A stretch of 64,000 nt of DNA, taken from Sulfolobales archaeon (GTDB taxonomy: Archaea > Thermoproteota > Thermoprotei_A > Sulfolobales > AG1). Positions within the stretch are counted from its first letter, which is position 1, and each line of letters starts with the position of its first letter. This document shows, one piece after another, positions 1-9,897 of the stretch. The notes under the pieces are model-generated. The model was not told the DNA's origin and ran no database searches. It was given only the letters and a program-made list of their open reading frames with translations. Location of the stretch: assembly GCA_038867615.1 (NCBI GenBank), contig JAWBYA010000004.1, positions 64,001 through 128,000 on the forward strand. Reading direction: 5' to 3'. Made by a program: the position numbers and the translations under genes.

Positions 1-130
1 GATCTAAATAACTAGGACAACAGGTATGGCTGACATCAAGAGAATCAATATCAATACCCCTAGAGATGTGATGACTTGGAGCGAAGCCTAACTGTAAGAA
101 GAGCATAATCCTACCCCCCAAATAACTAAA

Positions 131-408
131 CCGTTTGTCCCTAGATATAAAGGAACACCATAAAATATCCAGGGGGTTTGCCCATCCATAGAGATCTCCG
201 CCCATGTTGGGCTGTGCATGGCTATCGCTAGCCAAATGCAATGGTACCCCATCCACTAGTAGGAGATCAGTGTCTATGGCTTAGAGCGTTAATCCCCTGA
301 TACCCAGTGTCAATAGAGAGGCTGTTCACCAATAAACCATATAGATCAAAGTCTATAACTACCTTCTTACTTATGACTTATGATTATAAACAAGCGAACA
401 GCCGCGAG
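131..408 (-). mobile_element. Family B non-autonomous IS607/tnpB-like relic (copy B1)
   Basis: End CCGTTTGTCCCTAG at 131 matches CCGTTTGTCCCTGG at 36892. Internal blocks GGCTATCGCTAGCCAAA, CCCTGATACCCA and AAAGTCTATAA align with the copies at 36892-37189 and 39227-39485. CTTTGATCTATATGGTTT (minus strand) is shared with the copy ending at 14098. Confidence 0.65.
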
Positions 409-466
409 AAATAAAAGCACGTAGGATCTCGGCTTAGGTCTGAGGTGTGCTTTATAAAAATACCTT

Positions 467-1531
467 TTGGGCAATAGATTCTCGGGCATGGTTGTGGCTA
501 TCTCTGATCTGAGTAACTACCCGTTTCTAGAGAATCTGGAGAATTTCTTGGAGAGGGAGGGTCTTCCGAAGAGTCTTGAGGATCTTTTCCTCTCTACATA
601 TGCTGAGGCTGGGTATAGGAGGGTTGTTGAGGATCTAGATCCTGGTGCATTTATGGGAAGCCCTGGTTTCCATGACTATAGGGAGAGGATCCTTAGCTTC
701 TATATAGCGCTAGCCCTGGTTTCCATGACTGGTGATAGAAGGATCTATAGGGCTTTTGCTGAGGCCGAGGCTGAGAGGGTTCGGAGGATCCTTGTCAACT
801 CAGATCCGGAGGAGATAATCTATGTGATGGGAAGGCTGGGCTATCGTGTTGAGAGAGCCTCTGAGAAAGAGCTTTGTTTAGCGATCGGTATTGATCGATC
901 TACCCTTGGGCTGAATCTCAAATGCTATGCATACAAGATCCCCCTAGCAGATTATCTCAGAATAGCCGCACAGATAGCTATAGACGAGGAGTATAGACTT
1001 GTTAATAGACCCGTTAGCGGTGGATATGTATATGTGGAGAGAGAAACCCTGGTAAAGCTCTGTGTTGATATTGTGAAACATAGGATCGAGAGTATGGTGA
1101 AACCCATACCACCTATAGAGGCTGTTAAGAAGTATTTGGAGGATATATTAAGCATTGCGAGGGAGAAGCTGGGCGAGGCTGTGATAGAGGCCAGGGGTGA
1201 GAGTGAGCAGTATAGTAGAGAGAGGTATTCGTGGATAGAGAAGGTGGTCTTGAAAGGGCTTCCAGATGGTAGGAAGAGGTTCATATTATATGTGTTAACA
1301 CCATATCTGGCAACAATACTCAGGCTAGAGGATGAGGATGCTATGAGGGTGGTGAGGGAGTTTATAGATAATAGTTGCAGGAATTATGGTAAGTGTGAGA
1401 AGGTCTACGATTCATGGATAAGGTCTTGTTTAAGAGGGGCTATGCAGAAAGGTATAAAGCCGGCAAGGATTGAGAAGCTGGATGAGGAGCTTAGAAAATA
1501 CATAACAGAGATCATCTCCCAAGAGATCTAA
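467..1531 (+). CDS. priL: DNA primase large subunit N-terminal domain fused to a PriX-like C-terminal domain
   Basis: PriL-type LVNRPVSGGYVYV motif. The C-terminus YSWIEKVVLKGLPDGRKRFILYV...VYDSWIRS is PriX-like and lacks the PPC/4-Cys Fe-S domain. The start may be 488. Confidence 0.8.
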   Translation: MGNRFSGMVVAISDLSNYPFLENLENFLEREGLPKSLEDLFLSTYAEAGYRRVVEDLDPGAFMGSPGFHDYRERILSFYIALALVSMTGDRRIYRAFAEAEAERVRRILVNSDPEEIIYVMGRLGYRVERASEKELCLAIGIDRSTLGLNLKCYAYKIPLADYLRIAAQIAIDEEYRLVNRPVSGGYVYVERETLVKLCVDIVKHRIESMVKPIPPIEAVKKYLEDILSIAREKLGEAVIEARGESEQYSRERYSWIEKVVLKGLPDGRKRFILYVLTPYLATILRLEDEDAMRVVREFIDNSCRNYGKCEKVYDSWIRSCLRGAMQKGIKPARIEKLDEELRKYITEIISQEI

Positions 1532-2087
1532 TAACGAACACCGTCCTTTCTATAGCTGTGTATATTGATAGAGCTATGAATACAAATAACGCTATCTCCA
1601 TGGCGCTCTGGCTGAAGAGCCCGAGCAATAGGATCAGTATTATGGTTAAGATCCTCTCACCCCTCTCCATAAGCCCAACCCCAGAGACCCTGACCCCGAG
1701 GGACTCAGCCCTAGCCCTAGCATAGCTTATCATCAGGCTGGCACCAGCAGCTATATATACAGCGACGGGGCTGAGCCCGAGTATTATGAATGTGGAGAGG
1801 TATGATAGATCCGAGATCCTATCGCATAGAGAGTCGAGGAAAGCACCCCTCGCACTAACCCTGCCAGAGACCCTTGCTATCTCTCCATCGAGGAAATCGA
1901 GGATCGATGATAATATGATCATAACGATCGCTCCGGGGATCCCGTATAGCAAAGCTGAGACAGGTGTTATGAGGGCTAATACTAAGCCTGTGAGTGTAAC
2001 GATATTAGGATCTATATTCCTACTCGCCATAAAGGCTGCTACAGGCTTGATCAGAGATGAGATCCTGTTCTTGATCCTGTTGAGCAT
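1512..2087 (-). CDS. pgsA: CDP-alcohol phosphatidyltransferase (archaetidylinositol-phosphate synthase-like)
   Basis: Signature DFLDGEIAR...GAFLDSLCD; hydrophobic helices. Confidence 0.85.
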   Translation of the reverse strand: MLNRIKNRISSLIKPVAAFMASRNIDPNIVTLTGLVLALITPVSALLYGIPGAIVMIILSSILDFLDGEIARVSGRVSARGAFLDSLCDRISDLSYLSTFIILGLSPVAVYIAAGASLMISYARARAESLGVRVSGVGLMERGERILTIILILLLGLFSQSAMEIALFVFIALSIYTAIERTVFVIRSLGR

Positions 2088-3202
2088 CAGATCCTCCCCA
2101 GGATCTCTGAGATCTTGTTATAAGCCTTGGAGAAAAGATCCATCCCGACCGTGAGGAGCCCGCCATCATCAACAATAATCTCTCCCCCCACGATTACAGC
2201 CTCGATCCTGGGTATGCTTGATATAGCTATATCGGCTGCTAGATTTTCGTTTAGGATCTTCTCCGGAACCCACCATGGAGGCTGGGTTAGATCCAGGATC
2301 ACTATATCGCCAGGCCTTCCAGGCCCTATAACACCTGACTCCATCGAAACTTTAGCAGCAGCCCAGATTGTTGCGCTTCCCAGTATATCCAGAGGACTAT
2401 AACCCCTAGCTCTGGCTATGATGAAGTGGGGGTAGAGGGACCAAGAGGGGTTAGCCCCTATACCATACCCAGCCCCTGGCTCCCACCTATCCATGCTAAG
2501 CTCTGTGTATACCGATGAATCCCGCGGTATATTACACTCTGGTGGAGGGTCTATAGCGAGGATCCTCGGGATCTTGAGATCCATGCATGCATCTCTATAT
2601 ACCACTAAAGGCATATCGCTTGGAACAAGGTTCTCTAAACCCTCCCTAACAGCACGTCTAGAGCATATAGATCCCGTTATGAGGGCTAGTGATTCTCCAC
2701 GTCTATGCCACTTTTTAGCCGAGGATGAGATCTCTCTAGCCCAGCTATCCAGATCCCCTGGGTCTTCGAGGCATGGCGCGGCTATCACTCTAATACCAAC
2801 ACTCTCCGAAGCCCTTACAACAGGCTCAACAAGCCTATCGGTTGAGAGGATAGTCGTTATGCCTCTCATCGCAAGCCCGGCGAGGGATAGTGTTGATAAG
2901 AGGTATAGATCGTTGTTTGTGAGAGTGCTATAGATAGAGGGTTCTTCAACCCCTCTCTTAGCAATACCCCTTAGAGGTAGGAGGGATGGTCTTGAGTAGA
3001 GGGCTATCATACCGGGGATTACAAGTTTCCCCTTACCGTTGATTACTAGATCAGGGGGTTCTAGATCTATGGGGGTTTCTCCCCGCCCAACGCTTTCTAT
3101 GACTCCGTTGTTTATGAAGATGTAACCCCTATCTATGAATAGATCTTCTTTGGTTGACATTGTGAGTATAGATGCGTTCTCAACAAGGATCTTTACACCC
3201 AT
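2087..3202 (-). CDS. Amidohydrolase-superfamily (SsnA/MtaD-like) protein, apparently lacking the metal ligands
   Basis: N-terminal ILVENASILTM...INGKGKLVIPG and C-terminal GVIGPGRPGDIVILD...VIVGG beta domain. The HxH motif is replaced by LYS. Start moved to ATG 3202, which has GAGGAGG upstream. Confidence 0.7.
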   Translation of the reverse strand: MGVKILVENASILTMSTKEDLFIDRGYIFINNGVIESVGRGETPIDLEPPDLVINGKGKLVIPGMIALYSRPSLLPLRGIAKRGVEEPSIYSTLTNNDLYLLSTLSLAGLAMRGITTILSTDRLVEPVVRASESVGIRVIAAPCLEDPGDLDSWAREISSSAKKWHRRGESLALITGSICSRRAVREGLENLVPSDMPLVVYRDACMDLKIPRILAIDPPPECNIPRDSSVYTELSMDRWEPGAGYGIGANPSWSLYPHFIIARARGYSPLDILGSATIWAAAKVSMESGVIGPGRPGDIVILDLTQPPWWVPEKILNENLAADIAISSIPRIEAVIVGGEIIVDDGGLLTVGMDLFSKAYNKISEILGRI

Positions 3203-3204
3203 CT

Positions 3205-4026
3205 CTACCTCCTCAAGATCCCTGGGTAGAAGTAGTTCTTGCCAAACCTCTGCTTCGCAGAATCCCACTCAGTCAGGATCCTCACAGCCTCGTTTGCAAC
3301 TCTTATCATTGTATCAACCCCAGCGTCTGGGGTGAACTCTCCTGTCTCTCTATTAGCTATAACCGCACACACTGCTCCGGCCCTCGCACCATATATATTG
3401 CTTAGCGTGAATATGGTGGCAGCCTCCATCTCGAAGTTGACCACGTTGGCGTCTCTGAGCATCTTCACAAGATCCTTTGACCATGGAGGCATATAGTCTT
3501 TATAACCAGGCCTGCCTTGACCAACATAGAAGCTATCAGTGCTCGCTGTTATGCCCACGTGGTATCTAGCGCCAAGGGATTCCGCAGCCTCTATGAGGGC
3601 TAGGATCACCTCATAGCTAGCCACAGCTGGGTATTCTGGAAAGATATAGGCTTTACTAGCACCGTCAAGCCTTACTGCAGCAGCTGATATTACAAGATCA
3701 CCGATCCCTATCTCCCTTCTAAGGGAACCTGTAGTCCCTACTCTTATGAAAGTGTTTGCACCGACTCTTAAGAGCTCCTCTATAGCTATTGCCGTCGAAG
3801 GACCCCCTATACCTGTAGATGTTGCAGAGATCCTCACACCCCTATACTCACCAGTATATGTGACATACTCTCTATGGGTTGCTACATGCCAGTATTTATC
3901 CCAGGTCTTCGCTATCCTGGGAACCCTTTCAGGATCGCCTGGGAGGAGGACATAGCGTGCCACATCCCCCTCACCGACCATTAAGTGGTATTGCTTGCCC
4001 GAGACTGTTGGTTTCTCGGAAAGCAA
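3205..4026 (-). CDS. udp: Uridine phosphorylase
   Basis: QYHL...YVLLPGDPERV, STGIGGPS, IRVGTTG, NFEME motifs. TTG start at 4026 follows GGAGG. Confidence 0.9.
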   Translation of the reverse strand: MLSEKPTVSGKQYHLMVGEGDVARYVLLPGDPERVPRIAKTWDKYWHVATHREYVTYTGEYRGVRISATSTGIGGPSTAIAIEELLRVGANTFIRVGTTGSLRREIGIGDLVISAAAVRLDGASKAYIFPEYPAVASYEVILALIEAAESLGARYHVGITASTDSFYVGQGRPGYKDYMPPWSKDLVKMLRDANVVNFEMEAATIFTLSNIYGARAGAVCAVIANRETGEFTPDAGVDTMIRVANEAVRILTEWDSAKQRFGKNYFYPGILRR

Positions 4027-4147
4027 TGCGCCTCCCAGAAACATCATGCTAAGGAGATGATAAACTAATAGAGCTATATGGTTATAGCCCACATCATTTC
4101 TACATTCAAGGAATACTATGAGAGGGATGACATGTAACTGTGGCTAG

Positions 4148-4185
4148 GAAAATACCGCCTCTAGGTATTTTCTCTATTTAAATAG
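4148..4185. promoter_or_regulatory. Inverted repeat plus palindromic TATA-like element between divergent udp and MFS genes
   Basis: GAAAATACC-N7-GGTATTTTC (4148-4172) followed by CTATTTAAATAG (4174-4185). Confidence 0.35.
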
Positions 4186-4307
4186 CCTATATGAGAATGC
4201 TTGTCTGAATCGAGGCTAGAGTCGTGGTGTCTCAATAAGCCCAGAACCTAGGTAAGCGTTTTCCTGACACATCATAGCTTTTATCCCTTCAATGATTCTA
4301 AAATTAC

Positions 4308-5522
4308 ATGGCGCGTTTCTTGAAGTCAAGGATCCTGGTGCTTACTTCAATAGCGCACTATATTAACGATGGGGCTGCTATAGCTTATGCAACTGTATAT
4401 CCGCTCTATGTGTATATGGGTTATAGCTATACTGATATATCCATAGCATCGGCTCTCTATCTAGGAACTTCGTCGATTACAAGCCTATTTGTGGGAAAGA
4501 TAGGGGATAGGGTTGAGAGGCCCTTCATCCTCCTAGCGATCGGAATGATTCTATGGTCTCTGGCGATAGCGATCCTGGGACTCTCCATCTCGCTTATAGG
4601 AACCAGTATCGCCTATCCCCTACTCATTGCTTCAACAATTGTTGGTGGTATAGCAAGCTCCATATATCACCCAATAGGTGCTGGTATTCTCTCCCACCAC
4701 TTCACCGAAGATCGAGGGCTGGCTCTCGGCATAAATGGGGCTATGGGTGCCCTTGGGAGGAGTAGCTATCCAGTGATTATAACGCTGCTCCTCACCACAA
4801 CACATATAGGGCTTTTCCCGCTAGCAGTAATCTCTCTTCTATCATCAATACCGATGATCGCTCTTGCGAGAATAGCTACGAAGATCATTGATATGAAGAG
4901 CTCCACCGGATCTATACCGCGCGAGGTTTATATGCCCATAGCGCTCTTAACGATCATAGCCATGGCCAGAGGGATCGTATCCCAAGGAGCTCTAACCTAT
5001 CTAGCGATAATGGTAACCCAGAAACTCGGTATAGCCTATGGCGTCGAGGTGGGGCTTCTAACATCGCTAGCAATGGTTGGCTCTATAATGTCACAACCGC
5101 TTTTGGGAGTAATCTCTGACAGGCTTGGTAGGAGAAACACGATGCTCCTCACCACGTTAATGGCCTCGCTATCTCTATATGGGTTCATAGAGTTCTATAG
5201 ATACCAAATAGCGTTATACCTATCCCTCTTCTTATTCGGAGTATCTGCTTTCGAGGCATTCACACTGCTCCTAGCATTCGTCTCAGACACCGTTCCTCAG
5301 AGATATATAAACACTGCCAACAGCATAGTATGGGGCATCGGGATCTCTGCGGGAGGCTCTATGGGTCCCGTGATAGTTGGGCTAATAGCATCACACTCAT
5401 CACTTGATACTGGTTATGTTGTGATAGCCCTTATAAATCTGCTCACAATACCTGTGATCTATATAGCGTCTAGATATGCTGTAACGGAATATAACAGGCC
5501 TGGTTTCCATAACCATCGATAA
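4308..5522 (+). CDS. MFS transporter (Fsr-like)
   Basis: About 12 TM segments; motif-A-like GKIGDR and GVISDRLGRR; AHYIND and YHP motifs. Confidence 0.88.
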   Translation: MARFLKSRILVLTSIAHYINDGAAIAYATVYPLYVYMGYSYTDISIASALYLGTSSITSLFVGKIGDRVERPFILLAIGMILWSLAIAILGLSISLIGTSIAYPLLIASTIVGGIASSIYHPIGAGILSHHFTEDRGLALGINGAMGALGRSSYPVIITLLLTTTHIGLFPLAVISLLSSIPMIALARIATKIIDMKSSTGSIPREVYMPIALLTIIAMARGIVSQGALTYLAIMVTQKLGIAYGVEVGLLTSLAMVGSIMSQPLLGVISDRLGRRNTMLLTTLMASLSLYGFIEFYRYQIALYLSLFLFGVSAFEAFTLLLAFVSDTVPQRYINTANSIVWGIGISAGGSMGPVIVGLIASHSSLDTGYVVIALINLLTIPVIYIASRYAVTEYNRPGFHNHR

Positions 5523-5625
5523 GCCGGCGAAAGGAAAGGCTTCATAGCTTAGCTTCAACCAAGAACACATAGACAGATCTGGCCAGTATGTGGAGCATTA
5601 GTAGCTGTGAATGGTTTAATAATCC

Positions 5626-6663
5626 TTACAATGGTAATTCGAGGGGTCTCCAATCGAAGATCCCCAGGGTCTCGAGAATCCCTCTATCCTTCACACCGAT
5701 CCATGCGAGGCCATATAATGCTGCTCCTTCTGCAGGCTTTTTTATCCCATCTCTATAGTAGTTTCTAAGGATCTCGGCGTCTATCTCGTAGTATTTCCAT
5801 AGATCCTCTATTATAGCCTTCACAGCTCCCCTCCCCGACATATAGATCTTTATTGATCCGCGCCAACGATCTTTTTTGATAGATGTCTGGAGCATTGAGA
5901 TAGTTTTTGCTATGTCGTCTAGATATCTCTCATACCCTTCTGGGCATTTACTCCTGATTATCTCTATATCTATGGATCCACATATATCTCTTAACCCGCC
6001 TGAGAAGAGATCCCTTTTATAGATCCTCCTCCCAATCGCTACAGCCATCTCACCATCCCACCCACCGCTAGATATGATCCCTATTGGAAAGAGCGTCCCC
6101 CCGATCCCATCGATTATCTTGCCACTCTTAACAGCCACTGCCGCTGTGAATGCTCCGAGCTCTACTACTATAAAGCTGCTCCTTCTAAGAACCCCTCGAT
6201 CCTCATTGCTATGTATCATTGCGGCAAGCACTGTTAGTGCTACTTTATCGGCCGTCCCAAGGTCTATTCTGTTTATCTTCCTGCTGCTTGGAACGCTAGC
6301 AAGGTTGGCAACACCAGGGATCCCTATTACAGGCATTCTCATGGTTTTCAGCCTCTTTAGGAAATAGGATATGTATCTCAGCCCACCCACGCCTGGATCA
6401 TCTTCTCTAACCAGGGTTGCTGTTGCAAGCTCTGCCGGGTCTAGGCTTCTAAGATCTATTGGTGGTAACCCGTAGCCTGATGGTGCAACCACGAGGTTGG
6501 GGGTGTTGGATTCTATGATATCTAGAAGCTTTTCGGGCTCTCTGCTAAGCTCTTCAGAAACCACTTCGATATAGTCTTCCAGCCCTTTCTCAGATGTTAC
6601 TATTATGCCTGTGGATAGTGTTCCAGGGTCTATTGCTAGAACCTTCATAGAACCCTGAATCAC
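5626..6663 (-). CDS. DUF1464-family ASKHA (butyrate-kinase-like) protein
   Basis: AIDPGTLS phosphate-1 motif, APSGYGLP, KINRIDLGTADK, IIDGIGGT. Confidence 0.8.
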   Translation of the reverse strand: MIQGSMKVLAIDPGTLSTGIIVTSEKGLEDYIEVVSEELSREPEKLLDIIESNTPNLVVAPSGYGLPPIDLRSLDPAELATATLVREDDPGVGGLRYISYFLKRLKTMRMPVIGIPGVANLASVPSSRKINRIDLGTADKVALTVLAAMIHSNEDRGVLRRSSFIVVELGAFTAAVAVKSGKIIDGIGGTLFPIGIISSGGWDGEMAVAIGRRIYKRDLFSGGLRDICGSIDIEIIRSKCPEGYERYLDDIAKTISMLQTSIKKDRWRGSIKIYMSGRGAVKAIIEDLWKYYEIDAEILRNYYRDGIKKPAEGAALYGLAWIGVKDRGILETLGIFDWRPLELPL

Positions 6664-6687
6664 TTGAATCGTGGGGGAAAAATAGCT

Positions 6688-7926
6688 TTAGGTTAGGTAT
6701 CTATTCTCCACAACAGATCTCTGTTCCACATTTTTGCCGGGCCATATTTTGGAGTTGATGATTAGGGATCCTTCGCCTATATGTGTATTGTTACCGATAA
6801 CACTGTTCACTATCTTAGAGCCCCTGCCAATATATGTGTGCCTTCCAATAATGCTTCCCTCGATTACTGTTTTCTCACCGATCACGCATCTATCCATCAC
6901 TATAGACCTGGAGATCCTTGAGCCGCTCATGATGACTGTATAGTTATCTATGATGGTATCCCATAGATCTACGCCTTCGCTCAGATCCACGTGCCTGCCG
7001 ATCAATATATCTCCGCCAACCCTCAAGAGCCCCTTCTCGATCATCCCTACTAGTCTCTCGTGAAGCTTCCTAGATAAGGAGCTTCTACCCATCATCCTCA
7101 CACCCCCATATACCCTGGTAACCCTTAGATCCTGTGGGCTGAGGTTTCTCAAGAGATAGAAAGAGGCCTTCATATAGCTTTCAGGCGTACCTATATCGAA
7201 CCAATAGCTTTTCAATATATAGCCCTTAACCTTCATTCCCCTGGATATCACTTCTGGTATTACGTGGCTCCCGAAGTCCGTCAAGCCATTGATCCTCATT
7301 TTTCTCCCAACCTCGTCGTCGAAGAATCTCCTGATCCACGGCTCTATAACATAGATCCCAGTATTGATCAGCCTTGACGGGGCATGGGCTGGGCTTTTGG
7401 GCTTTTCAACAAAGCCCTTTATATTCATATCACTATCTATGTCGGCTACACCGAATCTTGTTATATCATCTCCATGATCCAGTTCCTTGAGCACTATAGT
7501 CATGCCTGCCTCCGATTCTCTATGGATTTTCCAGAGATCATAGAGGTCTATGTTGAAAATAATATCGCCCTGCACGACAAGCACTGCTTCATCTATATCG
7601 TAGTAATCCATGAGTATCTTCACAGACTCGGCATTTCCACTTGTAGAGAAGTTGGGCTGGTATCTAACCCTAATGGAGTCGGGCGAGAGACCAAGCATAG
7701 CTGCAAGCCTCTCACCACCGCCTAGGTAGTCAACCACCTGTGTATAGTTATAATACCCACTAACGCCTATGTAGAATTCCTTAACCCCTTGGGAGGCTAG
7801 CATTGATAATATGTGCTCTATCAGCGGTCTGTTAAGAAACCTAACCATAGCCTTAGAGGTATCGACTGTTAATGGGTATAGCCTGGTGCCCAGACCACCA
7901 AGTGGTATTATGGCCTTCTTGATCAC
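6688..7926 (-). CDS. NDP-sugar pyrophosphorylase with C-terminal left-handed beta-helix
   Basis: PLGGLGTRLYPLT...SKAMV, FVEKP, WFDIGTP; hexapeptide repeats at the C-terminus. Confidence 0.88.
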   Translation of the reverse strand: MIKKAIIPLGGLGTRLYPLTVDTSKAMVRFLNRPLIEHILSMLASQGVKEFYIGVSGYYNYTQVVDYLGGGERLAAMLGLSPDSIRVRYQPNFSTSGNAESVKILMDYYDIDEAVLVVQGDIIFNIDLYDLWKIHRESEAGMTIVLKELDHGDDITRFGVADIDSDMNIKGFVEKPKSPAHAPSRLINTGIYVIEPWIRRFFDDEVGRKMRINGLTDFGSHVIPEVISRGMKVKGYILKSYWFDIGTPESYMKASFYLLRNLSPQDLRVTRVYGGVRMMGRSSLSRKLHERLVGMIEKGLLRVGGDILIGRHVDLSEGVDLWDTIIDNYTVIMSGSRISRSIVMDRCVIGEKTVIEGSIIGRHTYIGRGSKIVNSVIGNNTHIGEGSLIINSKIWPGKNVEQRSVVENRYLT

Positions 7927-8086
7927 GATCTCTCCTCTTCCAAATAATAATACGGATAGTAGAATATAATAATATATTATCGGTTATAGCCACCTGTGAA
8001 GCTGTTCTTAATATACAATGATCCTGCTATCTAGTAGACCAGCTGGTTTAGGGCAACCATTAATAGTGATAATCAAGGTTTTATGC

Positions 8087-9838
8087 TTATTTATGGATTG
8101 TTTTTGCGACATCTTCAAGGATCCCTATTCTCCTCATCCTAAAGATCCTTGGGTCCATTGTATCGAGCTTCCTAGATATTATTGGTTTAAACTCCATTTT
8201 TGATAACACGTCTTTCTCAAGATCAACGCCTGGCGCGATCTCAACAAGCTCAAGGCCTCTGCCGGTGAGCCTGAAGACAGCCCTTTCGGTTATATATACA
8301 ACTTCTTTCCCATACTTTTGGGCTAGTCTCCCGCTGAAGAACACCTTATACACTCTGGATACGAATTTGATGATATCTCCGTCTTTTACGATCTTCAAGC
8401 CATTCTCGGTCACCCTTATATCGCTCGAGCCGGCTGTGAAGGAGCCTGCGAACACAATCCTAGGAGCTCCCCCGGCTATTACTGGAAAGCCCCCTGGGCC
8501 TGGTATTCTCCCGGGGAGGGCTGATGGGTTGACATTGCCTTCGGAGTCGATCTGGAGGAAGCCTAGTATTGCAGCATCTATGACACCGCCCTCGAATAGG
8601 GAGAATGTGTCTGGGATTGTTGTTAATGCGAATGGTCCATATACTATGCCGAAATCCTGGCCTGGGAGGGCTAGTCCTCCCCAGGCGCCGGATTCTACTA
8701 CAGGTATTATTAGGTGTGTTATCCCCTCCTCGATAGCGATCCTCGTTATAAGGGCTGGTATTCCCACGCCTATGTTTACCAGGACTGGGGATCTCTTTTC
8801 ATTTAAGATCCTTACCAGCTCTATGAGGGCTCTCCTAGCTATAACGATCTCGTGCTCTTTCCACGACTGGTGCGGTATATCTTCAAAGATCTCTGGCTTT
8901 AGAGGAGGTATTACCCTATGGCTAGCCCTGGGATCGTATTCAAAAGATCCTGATTGCCAGTGCCTCTCCCTCGGGGCTCTCACTATATAGTCTATCAGGG
9001 GGCCGGGGATCTCAACAGATCTTGGGCTCAGAGTACCCATCTCTGTGATCCATCTAACCTGGGCTATAACAATCCCCGGATCCGGTCTAGCCTTAACAGC
9101 TTGGGCTATGCTCAGCACAGACCCCCTTATCCCCTCATCCTCGAGACTTAGATTACCCATAACATCCGCACTTGTACCCCTTATCAAAGCCACACCGGGT
9201 TTCGGGGCCTTGTAGAAGAGGTATTCCTCCCCACCGATATTGATAAGCTCAACTTTACAGGTCATGGAAGCCTTGGCTTTTTCGTTCATTGCTCCACCAT
9301 CAAACCTGGGGTCTAGCAATGTATCAAGTCCGATCTTTGTTATCAGTCCAGGTCTTCCCGAAGCAACCTCTCTGAACCAATATGCTGTTATCCCCAGAGG
9401 CCATGAGTACGCCTCGATCATATTATCCATAACCATTTTTTGTAACCATGGTGAGAAGCCTAGGAAGGGTACTAGTATACCTCTTATAAAGCCCCTGTCA
9501 TTCTCTCTATACAGCTCCTCTGCAACCTTGTCCAAGGCTCTTCCGGGAACTGCTGGAAGCGCGTCTGATATTACGAAGAGATTCCTCGGATGTCCTGTCT
9601 TTTTATAGAGGTTATAGAGTTCTAGTATCAAGTGCTCTGGCGTTGTGGCCATGTTAAAGCCGGAGATCGCGATCACGGCTCCATCGTCTATACATGATAA
9701 CGCCTCCCAAGCACTAACGATCTTTTTCTCCACTATCTCCAAACATCTAATCAAATCGGGCTCCAAAACAGTATTCCTGGGAAGATTATTAGGTAGAGGC
9801 AGGGATGATTCTTCTAAGTATGTTTTTATAGCGATCAC
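8087..9838 (-). CDS. Acyl-CoA:acetate/3-ketoacid CoA-transferase (fused alpha/beta, propionate CoA-transferase type)
   Basis: PGLITKIGL, NIGVGIP, catalytic VESG, GPGGF, YITERAVF, EIAPGVDL motifs. The start may lie about 35 codons downstream. Confidence 0.88.
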   Translation of the reverse strand: MIAIKTYLEESSLPLPNNLPRNTVLEPDLIRCLEIVEKKIVSAWEALSCIDDGAVIAISGFNMATTPEHLILELYNLYKKTGHPRNLFVISDALPAVPGRALDKVAEELYRENDRGFIRGILVPFLGFSPWLQKMVMDNMIEAYSWPLGITAYWFREVASGRPGLITKIGLDTLLDPRFDGGAMNEKAKASMTCKVELINIGGEEYLFYKAPKPGVALIRGTSADVMGNLSLEDEGIRGSVLSIAQAVKARPDPGIVIAQVRWITEMGTLSPRSVEIPGPLIDYIVRAPRERHWQSGSFEYDPRASHRVIPPLKPEIFEDIPHQSWKEHEIVIARRALIELVRILNEKRSPVLVNIGVGIPALITRIAIEEGITHLIIPVVESGAWGGLALPGQDFGIVYGPFALTTIPDTFSLFEGGVIDAAILGFLQIDSEGNVNPSALPGRIPGPGGFPVIAGGAPRIVFAGSFTAGSSDIRVTENGLKIVKDGDIIKFVSRVYKVFFSGRLAQKYGKEVVYITERAVFRLTGRGLELVEIAPGVDLEKDVLSKMEFKPIISRKLDTMDPRIFRMRRIGILEDVAKTIHK

Positions 9839-9897
9839 AAGGCATATTTTCTAAATCCTTATCGTCTGTAGTGCTATAATAGATATGAGGCTCCTGT

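Noticed and set aside
68-115. Box C (GTGATGA) suggesting a C/D sRNA
   Set aside because: No CTGA D or D' boxes at the expected distances.
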